Source: an uncultured Nitrospiraceae bacterium
Lineage (GTDB): Bacteria > Nitrospirota > Thermodesulfovibrionia > UBA6902
Length of the DNA stretch: 55,514 nt
Direction: 5' to 3'
Assembly: GCA_964347155.1 (NCBI GenBank)
Contig: CAYFXR010000182.1
Coordinates: forward strand, 1 to 55,514
Positions 1 through 8,623 of the stretch are shown here, piece after piece. Below the pieces are notes generated by a model. It saw only the letters and a list, made by a program, of their open reading frames with translations, was not told the origin of the DNA and searched no databases. Numbering within the stretch: the stretch's first letter is position 1; each line of letters opens with the position of its first letter. Position numbers and translations under genes: made by a program.

Positions 1-160
1 TGAGAAGACCGGGGGTGGTTATCAGTGGTTCTTTTTGGAATTTGGATTTTGAAATTTATTTGTAATTTGGGTTTTGTCATTTGGAATTTAACAGAACAAG
101 TTAAGAAAAGCTTTTACAATGTGTAAATACTTTTAGTAACTATCGCATATCACGTTTAAC

Positions 161-703
161 TTATAACTTTAACGCTGTTGAATGTATGTGGCAGATGCAC
201 AGGGCAAGGGCGTCTGTACTGTCTTCGCTGAATTTTTGATAAGATGAGTTGAGGTTCAGGATTATTCTTACCATCTCCTGCACCTGTCTTTTTTCAGCCC
301 TGCCGTAACCTGTAAGGGCCATTTTTAATTCAGTTGAGTTGTATTCAAAGACAGGCAGATTATTTTCAGCAGCAAGGAGTAACGTAATTCCCCTGGTTGA
401 ACCAAGGGCAAAAGCGGAACGGATACTTTTATGATAGAAGATTTTCTCCAGACACAACTGCGAAGGCTTATATTCATTAATTACTGTGCTAAGTGAGTCG
501 TGAAGTGTTTTTAATCGATCCGGGAAGGGGCTTTTCTTATTTAATTTTATATCACCGGCAGCTATATAAATGAGTTTAGAGTTAATCCCCCCTCGCCCCC
601 CTTTAGTAAAGGGGGGTAAGGGGGGATTTGTCTCTTTCCTCACTAACTCTATGATTCCATAACCACAAGTTATTGTTCCCGGGTCTATTCCGATAATACG
701 CAT
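161..703 (-). CDS. ruvC: Holliday junction resolvase RuvC, carrying a ~15-aa in-frame palindrome-derived insert
   Basis: N-terminal IIGIDPG, E in CLEK, TGYGRAEKRQVQEMV and C-terminal DSTDALA motifs; lies downstream of yebC. Confidence 0.95.
   Translation of the reverse strand: MRIIGIDPGTITCGYGIIELVRKETNPPLPPFTKGGRGGINSKLIYIAAGDIKLNKKSPFPDRLKTLHDSLSTVINEYKPSQLCLEKIFYHKSIRSAFALGSTRGITLLLAAENNLPVFEYNSTELKMALTGYGRAEKRQVQEMVRIILNLNSSYQKFSEDSTDALALCICHIHSTALKL
584..628. repeat. 45-bp GC-rich palindrome inside ruvC
   Basis: AATCCCCCCTCGCCCCCCTTT-AGT-AAAGGGGGGTAAGGGGGGATT; near-identical copy at 12088-12132. Confidence 0.9.
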
Positions 704-739
704 ATTAATTCAGGCTCAAAGGCACTAAGGCACAGTGCC

Positions 740-1492
740 TTATTGCATTTTTGCCATTATCTCATCTGGAATGTCAAAATTTGCATAGACATTTTGAACA
801 TCATCATGTTCTTCAAGGGCTTCCATAAGCTTGAGCATTTTTTCAGCATCTTTGCCTTCAAGCTTTATATAATTCCGCGGGACCATGGTTACTTCCGCAA
901 GGCTCATTTTGATATTCTCTTTTTCGAGATGCCCTTTTACTTTATTTAGATCTTCAGGCGCGGTTGTTATTTCGTAATTTTCTTCGTCCGGCTCATTCTT
1001 AAAGTCATCAGCGCCGGCATCAAGGGCGGCAGACATCAGGGTGTCCTCATCAATGTCGTTTTTATTGACGAGAATATAGCCCTTTTTGTCGAACATCCAG
1101 GCAACACATCCTGCCTCGCCCATATTCCCGTTTTGCTTCGAAAGGATGTGCCTGACTTCTCCGACTGTCCGGTTTTTATTGTCCGTCAGAACTTCAATCA
1201 ACAAGGCCACTCCCCCCGGACCGTATCCCTCATAAGATACTTCCTCGTAACTTGCGCCCGGCAGTTCTCCCGTGCCTTTCATGATTGCCCGTTTGATGTT
1301 ATCAGAGGGCATATTAACTTCTTTTGCCTTCTCAATTGCAAGCCTCAGCCGAGGATTCATATCGGGGTTTCCGCCTCCGATCTTTGCCGCTACAGTTATC
1401 TCCTTTGAAACCTTTGAGAAGGCTTTACCCCTTTTAGCATCGGCTACCGCTTTTTTATGTTTGATTCCTGCCCATTTTGAATGTCCAGACAT
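740..1492 (-). CDS. yebC: YebC/PmpR family protein
   Basis: MSGHSKW start, YEGYGPGG and DDVQNVYAN motifs. Confidence 0.96.
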   Translation of the reverse strand: MSGHSKWAGIKHKKAVADAKRGKAFSKVSKEITVAAKIGGGNPDMNPRLRLAIEKAKEVNMPSDNIKRAIMKGTGELPGASYEEVSYEGYGPGGVALLIEVLTDNKNRTVGEVRHILSKQNGNMGEAGCVAWMFDKKGYILVNKNDIDEDTLMSAALDAGADDFKNEPDEENYEITTAPEDLNKVKGHLEKENIKMSLAEVTMVPRNYIKLEGKDAEKMLKLMEALEEHDDVQNVYANFDIPDEIMAKMQ

Positions 1493-1510
1493 GTTTTGTT
1501 ATGCTCCTTT

Positions 1511-1705
1511 TTAACAAAAAGCCTCTTTCTTTTCAAACTCAGGACATGCCTTACCGGGCAGTAAAAATAAATTATGGAAGTTACATATCCCAGCATCACC
1601 TCTTGCGGATGAATAGGCAGAGCCAAGTATCTTAAATCCAGGAAATGTTAACTCTAAGCTTTCCGGATCATTATCAAAGAATTTGCACTCCTTACAGGTT
1701 GTCAT
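1511..1705 (-). CDS. Small Cys-rich hypothetical protein (64 aa), probably metal-binding
   Basis: ATG at 1705, 7 nt after the transporter stop; CKEC...GIC...KAC pattern. Confidence 0.65.
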   Translation of the reverse strand: MTTCKECKFFDNDPESLELTFPGFKILGSAYSSARGDAGICNFHNLFLLPGKACPEFEKKEAFC

Positions 1706-1712
1706 TATTTTA

Positions 1713-3059
1713 CTAAAGTCCGGTCCAGTAACTCCTGAAAACAATACTTGAGAGGAAATAACCAAGTGGAACATTAACTATAACTCCGGCAGTAAACACT
1801 GTCAGTGGCTTCCAACCGAATTGAAAAATTTCCTTGAAGCGTGTTGTAAAGCCGATGCTTAAGAAAGTGAAAATAAATGTCCAGGTTCTTAGAGTCTTAA
1901 TCGGTTTAATAGCAAGCGGTTTTAAGGATTCATTAAACGCTTCCTGCCCAACGGCTAGCGCAGCAACACTCATAATAATTGATGCTAAAAAGAATCCGAT
2001 AACGAATTTTGGAAATCTCTCCCAGATAACAGAGGCCCTGGTTCTGTCGCCTGCATCTTTGGCACTGGATTTTTCCCATACAATTACTGAGATAAGAGAA
2101 AGGGCAAATGCCCATATGCCAATCCATATGTCTCTTCCAATAACCTTCATTAGTGTATAGGCGTGTATAGGGATATCGCCACCACCCTTAATAGATGCAG
2201 CAGCAGCAAAACCAGCCGCATCTGCAAACTCTGATGTGCCGATCCATGCCCCGGCTATACCGGGATGCATTCCGGTAATGTTTGCCGTAAATGTAAGGAA
2301 AAATATCATTATGAGTGCCCAAAGGGCAACGATACAGATTGATATGGATATATGTTCTTTTTCTGCCTTTACAGCTGCACCGGTTGCTATAGAACCTGAG
2401 ACGCCGCAGACCGCTGCACCTGTGCCTAAAACTGCAGCAAAACGTTTGTCTATTTTGAATATCCGTGTTCCCACATAATATATAGTAAGGAATGTAGCAA
2501 GTGATACAATTGTTGCCTGAAGAAAGGCCACCGGGCCAGCATAAATGATCAGGGTGAGAGGGAGAGTAGCGCCAAGTAAGACAATTCCTGTTTTTATGTA
2601 GTACTCTGTTCTTAAAGATGTTTCGAACCATTTAGGCACCTTACGAATGTTACCTATTATTAATCCTACAATCAACGCAAGTATGGGCGGTTCAAGATTG
2701 AGATCATGCGCTACCTTCCATTTGCCTGCTATCAATACAAGGGTAGAAGCGATAAAAAGTATGATAAAACCTGGAATGTACTCTTTTGTATTAAATCCCA
2801 TTATCTTAGTGCTAAGTGTGAAAATAATAAGCCAGATAAGTAATTGCAGCAAATACCAGGGTATTTCACTTGCAAAATGCGATGTTACCTTATCAAAGGT
2901 CTCCCACATAGGAGGCGCTACTGCAAGCGGCTTAAGTGTGCTACCAACAAAGTAAAAAAATAAAGCGACAAATATAATCCCTAAGCCAAGCCAAACTGCC
3001 CACCAGTCTTCCTTTTTCCAGAAAGATGACAAGTCAAATCCCTCTTTTTTATCTTCCAT
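1713..3059 (-). CDS. YeiH / putative sulfate exporter family membrane protein
   Basis: EDWWAVWLG N-terminus, EYYIKTGIVLLGA, AVCGVSGSIA and WERFPKFV motifs; many TM helices; GGAGGG SD before ATG 3059. Confidence 0.88.
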   Translation of the reverse strand: MEDKKEGFDLSSFWKKEDWWAVWLGLGIIFVALFFYFVGSTLKPLAVAPPMWETFDKVTSHFASEIPWYLLQLLIWLIIFTLSTKIMGFNTKEYIPGFIILFIASTLVLIAGKWKVAHDLNLEPPILALIVGLIIGNIRKVPKWFETSLRTEYYIKTGIVLLGATLPLTLIIYAGPVAFLQATIVSLATFLTIYYVGTRIFKIDKRFAAVLGTGAAVCGVSGSIATGAAVKAEKEHISISICIVALWALIMIFFLTFTANITGMHPGIAGAWIGTSEFADAAGFAAAASIKGGGDIPIHAYTLMKVIGRDIWIGIWAFALSLISVIVWEKSSAKDAGDRTRASVIWERFPKFVIGFFLASIIMSVAALAVGQEAFNESLKPLAIKPIKTLRTWTFIFTFLSIGFTTRFKEIFQFGWKPLTVFTAGVIVNVPLGYFLSSIVFRSYWTGL

Positions 3060-3151
3060 TGTTCCCTCCTTTTGTTTTAAATATTGGCTTTGTCCCAAGT
3101 TTGTATGATGGAAATAATGATGTCTGAATTGTTCACTTTAAAAGCCAAAGC

Positions 3152-3253
3152 TGTCATTCCCCGACCCCCTGATCAAGTCAGAGGGCATGCTTGATCGGGG
3201 AATCCAGTCTTTTTAACAAGTTCTGGATTGTCCGGTCAAGCCGGACAATGACA
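3152..3253. repeat. REP-like double-hairpin element with a nested third hairpin
   Basis: TGTCATT...AATGACA ends; stems ATTCCCCGA/TCGGGGAAT, CCCTGA-TCAAG-TCAGAGGG and ATTGTCCGG-TCAAG-CCGGACAAT. Confidence 0.8.
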
Positions 3254-3476
3254 TGATTGCCGAAAATCTTCTTATTAACGTGCCAAAATCATACAACTTT
3301 GGGACAAGCTCTAAATTTTTATTATTTATAACTTTAGAACGAAGGGTGAAAAATTTCAAGGGCAATTTGAAATTATAAATTAATTTTATTTGCGAAACTT
3401 TCATGCCCATAAGGGGCATTACGAAGAATGAAAATTCCTAAAGGAGGGCAAGACGGGATTAAAACATATTTTCTGA

Positions 3477-3654
3477 TTAACCCAAAAGATACATAAATAA
3501 TGCAGGCGTTGGAAGAAAATTTATTTCTCGATACCCTAGGCGCAATTCAAATCAATCTAAGGTGAAAATGTTTGTTCCAAGCTATATGCGTAATTTAATA
3601 ATACATCCATCGAATTAAATAAATTTTATTACAATGTCCGCATTATTTGGATTA
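3477..3654 (-). mobile_element. MITE-like element, copy A (inverted relative to B and C)
   Basis: Reverse complement aligns end to end with 7698-7874 and 13218-13394. Confidence 0.8.
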
Positions 3655-3760
3655 CATAATGCAATAAGAAAAATGTTCCGATGTGTCGGGATTGGAAAAC
3701 CAGACAATTTTCTAAATCAGGGTTTGGGAATAGACAAGGCAGTGTTTGTAAGGCAATAAC

Positions 3761-3801
3761 AAAGCCGTCCCGACCCTTGAAAATCTGGAGGGGACGGCTT
3801 T
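3761..3801 (-). terminator. Probable intrinsic terminator of the porin gene
   Basis: AAAGCCGTCCC...GGGACGGCTTT stem about 20 nt after the stop codon. Confidence 0.65.
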
Positions 3802-3820
3802 TATAAAGCTCTAAGAACTC

Positions 3821-5131
3821 TTAGAAGGTAAGTTTAACTCCGTGTCTGAGAACATAAGGATCATCAGGTTCTTCCCCGCCGGTGAAGTTCTTGTAGAGAT
3901 CATCCGCAAAAAGAATACCCGCCTCAACAAAATAAACAAGGTTCTTGTCAATATTGTAGTGCAAGTTTGCATCAACTTCAATACCTATGTCTTCTTCATC
4001 ATATGTATCGCTGAGTTTTTCTACAGCTTGGAGATAATATACGTCAGCACCAAGACTCATATCTGCATTGACATTTGTATCTGCGCCGACTTTTATGTAC
4101 CAGGTATTGGCCAGGCCCGTTGATCTTGCACCTGCTGCTGAAACCACACGGTCTTCATAAACATAAGTGTAGTGCTGTTCATCTGCACCAAGACTGTTAA
4201 CAAATGTCTCCATTTTATTGTCCGTTGCATCCTCGTCACCGCTTCCATAGGCGAATTCTGCATCGACATTTATATTGCCGGCTTTTACATTTGCGCCAAT
4301 TAGCAATGCCCATCCTTCAAAATCTAAATCATCAGCACCTAGGGCAGCTTCATCTGCGGTACCTGTCTGGAACTCAACATCTGCTTTAATGCCAACTCCT
4401 GCAGCTTCTGTGTCACATCTGAGGCCGAAGTTCCAGAAATCAAGACCTTTTGGACCAAAAGTATTGTCATTTATATAGGTGGCATCACCTCCTATGTTTA
4501 ATTCATTCATTTTGTAGTTGAAGAGTCCTGTATAGACAGTAACGTCATCATTCTCACCAACCATTGTTGTTCCAAGGCGTGTATTCTCGGCGAATTTTAT
4601 ATGCACCAGACCGACATGAAGTTCGTTTGTCGGGTCTGCAAAAAGGACAAGGGCATCATCGCCGAATTTTGTGTGGTTAAGGAATAACGCATTGCCGAGT
4701 TTAAGCGGCATATGGCCGATCTTGAAGCCTGCATTATAGCCCAGAAGGCCTGAACCATGATGAGAAATGTATGCCTTACGTATCGAAAAAGTGTCTCCAA
4801 CAAGATTACCTTGACTATAATTTGTTGCACCGCTTGTACCAACGCCCCATGTATTTACGTCTACGACTTGACCATATGGGTCATCCTCTTCAGTTGTGAT
4901 TTCAATGACGGCTTTGGTATTTTCAGTTACCTCGGCATCAACAGAGAGCTTTACGCCCTCATCATAAAATGCGGCATTATCACTGGCATCATCGGAGAGG
5001 TCTGTCGTATTTGTACTGTATTCACCTCTTACCTCAATCTCTCCTTCAATGGTGATATTGGATGCAAGAGCTACAGTGCTAATGCCTAAAATGAACAGCA
5101 AACATGAAAGTAATATTAAATACTTCTTCAT
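3821..5131 (-). CDS. Outer-membrane beta-barrel porin (alginate-export-like)
   Basis: Signal peptide, alternating beta-strand pattern, AYGSGD motif, C-terminal Phe; AGGAGG SD. Confidence 0.8.
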   Translation of the reverse strand: MKKYLILLSCLLFILGISTVALASNITIEGEIEVRGEYSTNTTDLSDDASDNAAFYDEGVKLSVDAEVTENTKAVIEITTEEDDPYGQVVDVNTWGVGTSGATNYSQGNLVGDTFSIRKAYISHHGSGLLGYNAGFKIGHMPLKLGNALFLNHTKFGDDALVLFADPTNELHVGLVHIKFAENTRLGTTMVGENDDVTVYTGLFNYKMNELNIGGDATYINDNTFGPKGLDFWNFGLRCDTEAAGVGIKADVEFQTGTADEAALGADDLDFEGWALLIGANVKAGNINVDAEFAYGSGDEDATDNKMETFVNSLGADEQHYTYVYEDRVVSAAGARSTGLANTWYIKVGADTNVNADMSLGADVYYLQAVEKLSDTYDEEDIGIEVDANLHYNIDKNLVYFVEAGILFADDLYKNFTGGEEPDDPYVLRHGVKLTF

Positions 5132-5317
5132 TCACAACCTCCTTTTTTTGATTTCTTGATTAAAAGTTAATTTATGCTGAAAAATACCAATTTTTCTCTG
5201 TTCATCACCCCCTTTAAAAGTTAAATTTTTCTGTTGCACTGCGTACACTTACTAATAGCTCACTCTCTTTTTCTCTTCTCCATATGGAGAAAGAATAATA
5301 TACCGCATTGAAATATT

Positions 5318-5333
5318 AGCAAAACTCAGGCCA
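5318..5333 (-). promoter_or_regulatory. Sigma54 (-24/-12) promoter upstream of the porin
   Basis: Minus strand TGGCCTGAGTTTTGCT, with GG-N10-GC spacing. Confidence 0.7.
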
Positions 5334-5336
5334 GGA

Positions 5337-5456
5337 TTGAGTTTAAGAGTGAAGAGTGAAGAGTTAAAAGTGAAAAAATCATTTAAAATCAAATAATTAA
5401 AAACTTTATTTTGCCGACTTTTATATATGTAACTCTTTACTCATAACTCTAAACTC
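5337..5456. repeat. Opposed heptamer tandem tracts
   Basis: GAGTGAA/GAGTTAA units followed by complementary AACTCTT/TACTCAT units. Confidence 0.65.
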
Positions 5457-5513
5457 CACCAATTTTGTGTTATTCATACCATTGTATTGATGTAAAAAGG
5501 ACTCAGTTAAACT

Positions 5514-6032
5514 CTAGATTTTCTCGACGTCAGCTGCATTTATTGTGAGGGCAACGCCTTGACGAAGTACATCCACAGAGAGGACCAGGATGTGTTTATC
5601 TAATTTTTCAACGAGAATGCCTTCAACGCCAATGAGAGGCCCCTTTGTTATTCTTACCTTTTGCCCTTTATTGAGATAAGGGTAAGGATCCAGGGTTTCC
5701 CTGTTTTCAACGAGTGTTTTTAAAGAAATAATTTGTTCATCAGGAATAGGGTCTGGTTCTCCTGGTATGGTGCATAACAACCTTACTACTCCCTTGACTT
5801 GCAGGACATTCAGCATATTCTTTGCTTCTTTCGAGATATGGACAAATAGATAGCCCGGAAAAAGGGGGAACGTGATCATTTTTTTTCTATCCTTCCACTT
5901 TCTGAGCTTGTCTATTGTTGGGAGAAACGCTTCAATGTCTTTTGTAAAAAGTCTATCAAATACCTGAAATTCATGTCTTGATCGAACATGAACTGCATAC
6001 CATCTTTGTTCCGGTATACCTGAGTGATTCAT
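5514..6032 (-). CDS. NusG paralog (UpxY/LoaP/RfaH-type antiterminator)
   Basis: WYAVHVRSRHE, WKDRKK, PLFPGYLFV and KOW motif GQKVRITKGPL. Confidence 0.9.
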   Translation of the reverse strand: MNHSGIPEQRWYAVHVRSRHEFQVFDRLFTKDIEAFLPTIDKLRKWKDRKKMITFPLFPGYLFVHISKEAKNMLNVLQVKGVVRLLCTIPGEPDPIPDEQIISLKTLVENRETLDPYPYLNKGQKVRITKGPLIGVEGILVEKLDKHILVLSVDVLRQGVALTINAADVEKI

Positions 6033-6038
6033 TTGATT

Positions 6039-6290
6039 TTACTCCTCTATTCTATAAACTAAATCACGCTTCCTGACATACTCCTTTACTTTTAGCCCTG
6101 CAATCTGCCCTTTTGAGGCTTTTGTTACCTGCTGGTGCTTGATTTGTATAGATTCAATCGTTTGTTCAAAATCAGTTATATGCCCTGTGATATGAATGTG
6201 ATTTCCAACTTCCAAATAGTCGCTTATTTCTATGCTGGCTACTCCTATTTTTCTGTAATAATTAACTACCTTCCCTGCAAGGAGTTCCAT
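6039..6290 (-). CDS. Small beta-barrel protein (translation-factor-like / U32 peptidase C-terminal-like)
   Basis: GKVVNYYRKIGVA...GHITDFEQTIESIQI pattern. Confidence 0.7.
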   Translation of the reverse strand: MELLAGKVVNYYRKIGVASIEISDYLEVGNHIHITGHITDFEQTIESIQIKHQQVTKASKGQIAGLKVKEYVRKRDLVYRIEE

Positions 6291-6342
6291 GTATAAACCT
6301 GATTACGCCGTATTTTAAAAGAACTATTACACAGATTAAGAT

Positions 6343-6403
6343 TGGTCACCGGTCACTGGTCACTGACTAAATAATCCAATGACTATTGACCATTGACTAT
6401 TGA
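6343..6403. repeat. Opposed heptamer tandem tracts
   Basis: GGTCACC/GGTCACT x3, then TGACTAT/TGACCAT x3. Confidence 0.65.
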
Positions 6404-6549
6404 GCATCTTTTGATGCCTTTTCAGTTTCTTCGCCTTTATCTTTATAAACTTCGGTGATGCTTGTCACCGTTATACCGGCAGCCTTTAAGGCCTTTTGTA
6501 TATCTGCAGCCTTGGCATCCTGAACCTTTAGCATATAATTGATATCCAT
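6397..6549 (-). CDS. Small hypothetical protein (50 aa), not in the ORF track
   Basis: MDINYMLKVQDAKAADIQKALKAAGITVTSITEVYKDKGEETEKASKDAQ; purine-rich SD upstream; same strand as neighbours. Confidence 0.6.
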   Translation of the reverse strand: MDINYMLKVQDAKAADIQKALKAAGITVTSITEVYKDKGEETEKASKDAQ

Positions 6550-6699
6550 TAAAAACCCCCTATGTAAGATCAGATTTTAATCTTGAAACGCTACGGGTTT
6601 TGTAACCGTAACAGATAGACGCTAACTTTTCCAACTGTCAGAATAACATTTGGCTTAAAATCTCATTGTATCAGCCAGCTATTATAAAGTAAATCAAGC

Positions 6700-7551
6700 T
6701 TATTTCGCAAATAATTGAGCAACGGGAACAACCGCTACTTCATTGTTATTTTCCAGAGTTTTTTGTAAGAATTCTAATGTGTTTTTTCGTGGATGTGCCA
6801 TGGTTATTGCATAGCCTTTTTTTCTGGAGATTTTTACAAGTTTTTTCCATTGAGCTTTTATTTCACGTGGGTTGTCCTTGTAATCAAGGAATATATCACG
6901 ACGTAAGACTTTAAGATTTTGTGCCTTTGCAGACTGAAAAGCAACGGATTTTGCAGTGGTAAGGCTATCAATGAAAAAGAGATTTTGTTTTTTTAATTCA
7001 GAAATTACAGCGTGCATAGCCCGTTTATCCTTTGTAAAGGCAGAACCCATATGGCTGCTGACACCGGTTATATGAGGAATTGAGCGAATATCTTCAATTA
7101 AGGTTTGAGAGATTTCATCATCTGTCATCCATGTATAGAGTCCCCCCTTTCCCAGTTTGAGCGGTCTTGTTGCTTCCATCGGAATATGGCCGATGATTTC
7201 ATGGCCAAGCCTGTGACTTTCCTGAGCAATCCATTTTGTATAAACTTCTTGAGGAAGAATGGAAATCGTTAATGGAATATTTAACTTAAAAACGTCTTCT
7301 GCATTTTTCTTGTTCGGACCCAAATCGTCCATTATTATTGACACCTTTGGAAGGGTTTTAGGTGGAGGCTTTTCGGGCAAAGAGATTTCAGTCTTTTCTT
7401 TACGTTTAAATATATCCATAAATCTTTTTGGAATATTTTCCCTGCCAAATTCCTCAAAGAAGAGGAATATACATAGTACTATCAGGAAAAGAATGAGTAT
7501 TTTGGGCCGTCTTTTCATCCGTGATTTTATTCGTCTTCTTTTTGAAGGCAT
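6700..7551 (-). CDS. Divergent polysaccharide deacetylase (YibQ family)
   Basis: IIMDDLG, HIPME, SHMGS, RRDIFLD and AHP motifs; N-terminal membrane anchor. Confidence 0.9.
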   Translation of the reverse strand: MPSKRRRIKSRMKRRPKILILFLIVLCIFLFFEEFGRENIPKRFMDIFKRKEKTEISLPEKPPPKTLPKVSIIMDDLGPNKKNAEDVFKLNIPLTISILPQEVYTKWIAQESHRLGHEIIGHIPMEATRPLKLGKGGLYTWMTDDEISQTLIEDIRSIPHITGVSSHMGSAFTKDKRAMHAVISELKKQNLFFIDSLTTAKSVAFQSAKAQNLKVLRRDIFLDYKDNPREIKAQWKKLVKISRKKGYAITMAHPRKNTLEFLQKTLENNNEVAVVPVAQLFAK

Positions 7552-7640
7552 GTTTTTCGTTAATTGTTATTAAGTTATATATTATCCGTTTGTTGCTTTA
7601 CTTTTTTTAATTGCAGGGCAGGGTAGGTTTTAGCTTTTTT

Positions 7641-7673
7641 CCCCCTCACCCTGACCCTCCCCCAGAGGAGAGG
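7641..7673. repeat. Degenerate REP-like GC-rich repeat (CCCTCACCCTGACCCTC type)
   Basis: CCCCCTCACCCTGACCCTCCCCCAGAGGAGAGG in AT-rich intergenic DNA next to MITE copy B. Confidence 0.5.
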
Positions 7674-7695
7674 AAATTGATATTTCATATAACGA

Positions 7696-7875
7696 TTAAC
7701 CCAAATAATGCAGACATTGTAATAAAATTTATTTAATTCGATGAATTTATTATTAAATTATGCATATAGCTTGGAACAAAAATATTCACCTTAGATTGGT
7801 TGGAATTGCGTCTAAGGTATCGAGAAATAAATTTTCTCCCAACGCCTGCATTATTTAACTGCATTTTTTGGGTAA
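7696..7875 (+). mobile_element. MITE-like element, copy B
   Basis: About 94% identical to copy C by manual count; AACCCAAA...TTTGGGT ends; inner AAATAATGCAG/CTGCATTATTT inverted repeat. Confidence 0.82.
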
Positions 7876-7897
7876 ACGAATAACGGTTACCGGTCTT

Positions 7898-8623
7898 TTA
7901 CTGACTGAGATCAAACACCTCTGCTCCAGGTGGAATTTTAAATAGAAAAAATGAATCATCAAGTCCAGGATTTATTTCTATATCTGTGAGTTCGATCATA
8001 ATTATATTTCCGTATTTATCGAATATGGTAAACATTTTTAATGGGAAATCTCCTGAAACGGTTTCTAACAGAAGCGTTTTTATTGAAACTATTCTTTGTT
8101 TCGGCACAAGTTGAATGGCGTTTTCTGCAGTCATAGTTATATCAAAATCATCCCTCAGGTTTTCTAGACTTCCCAGTAAGGCTATCGGAACTTGACTATA
8201 GGCCTCTTTACTGAATTTCGTCTTAATGACCTGGTTTTGTGATTTTTTATAAATCCATGTGTCGGTATCATGAATAACGACTTTTTCGTCACGGGGTTTT
8301 TTATATTCCCACATCATTTGAAAGGGTTTTTTTATGAAAAAAGAGCCTGAATATTTCTGAGTTTGTTCAAGATCTTTTATGTAGCTTGTTTGAGAAAACC
8401 TGCCTGTGATGTCGTTAATTTTGGAGAGTTTATTCTGTATCTCGTTAACAGTCATTGACAGGTTTCCAGCTGAATCGGAATCACTACCCCTGAAGGAATC
8501 GTCCTGGCGCTTTGGGATTATCAATGTCCCCTTATCTGCAATATGAGAGGTACATGCATTATCAGGGAATGAATAAAGAATGATGACAGAGAGGAATATG
8601 ATTAACATTTGAAATGGTCTCAC
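7898..8623 (-). CDS. lolA: Outer-membrane lipoprotein carrier LolA
   Basis: GRFSQTSY, KKPFQMMWEY and F.F.IPPGAEV motifs; directly downstream of ftsK. Confidence 0.88.
   Translation of the reverse strand: MRPFQMLIIFLSVIILYSFPDNACTSHIADKGTLIIPKRQDDSFRGSDSDSAGNLSMTVNEIQNKLSKINDITGRFSQTSYIKDLEQTQKYSGSFFIKKPFQMMWEYKKPRDEKVVIHDTDTWIYKKSQNQVIKTKFSKEAYSQVPIALLGSLENLRDDFDITMTAENAIQLVPKQRIVSIKTLLLETVSGDFPLKMFTIFDKYGNIIMIELTDIEINPGLDDSFFLFKIPPGAEVFDLSQ

Noticed and set aside
3266..3290. TGGCACG on the minus strand as a sigma54 promoter for the exporter
   Set aside because: No GC at the -12 position
3213..3419. 68-aa ORF
   Set aside because: Its 3' end runs through the REP-like element and it has no protein-like signature
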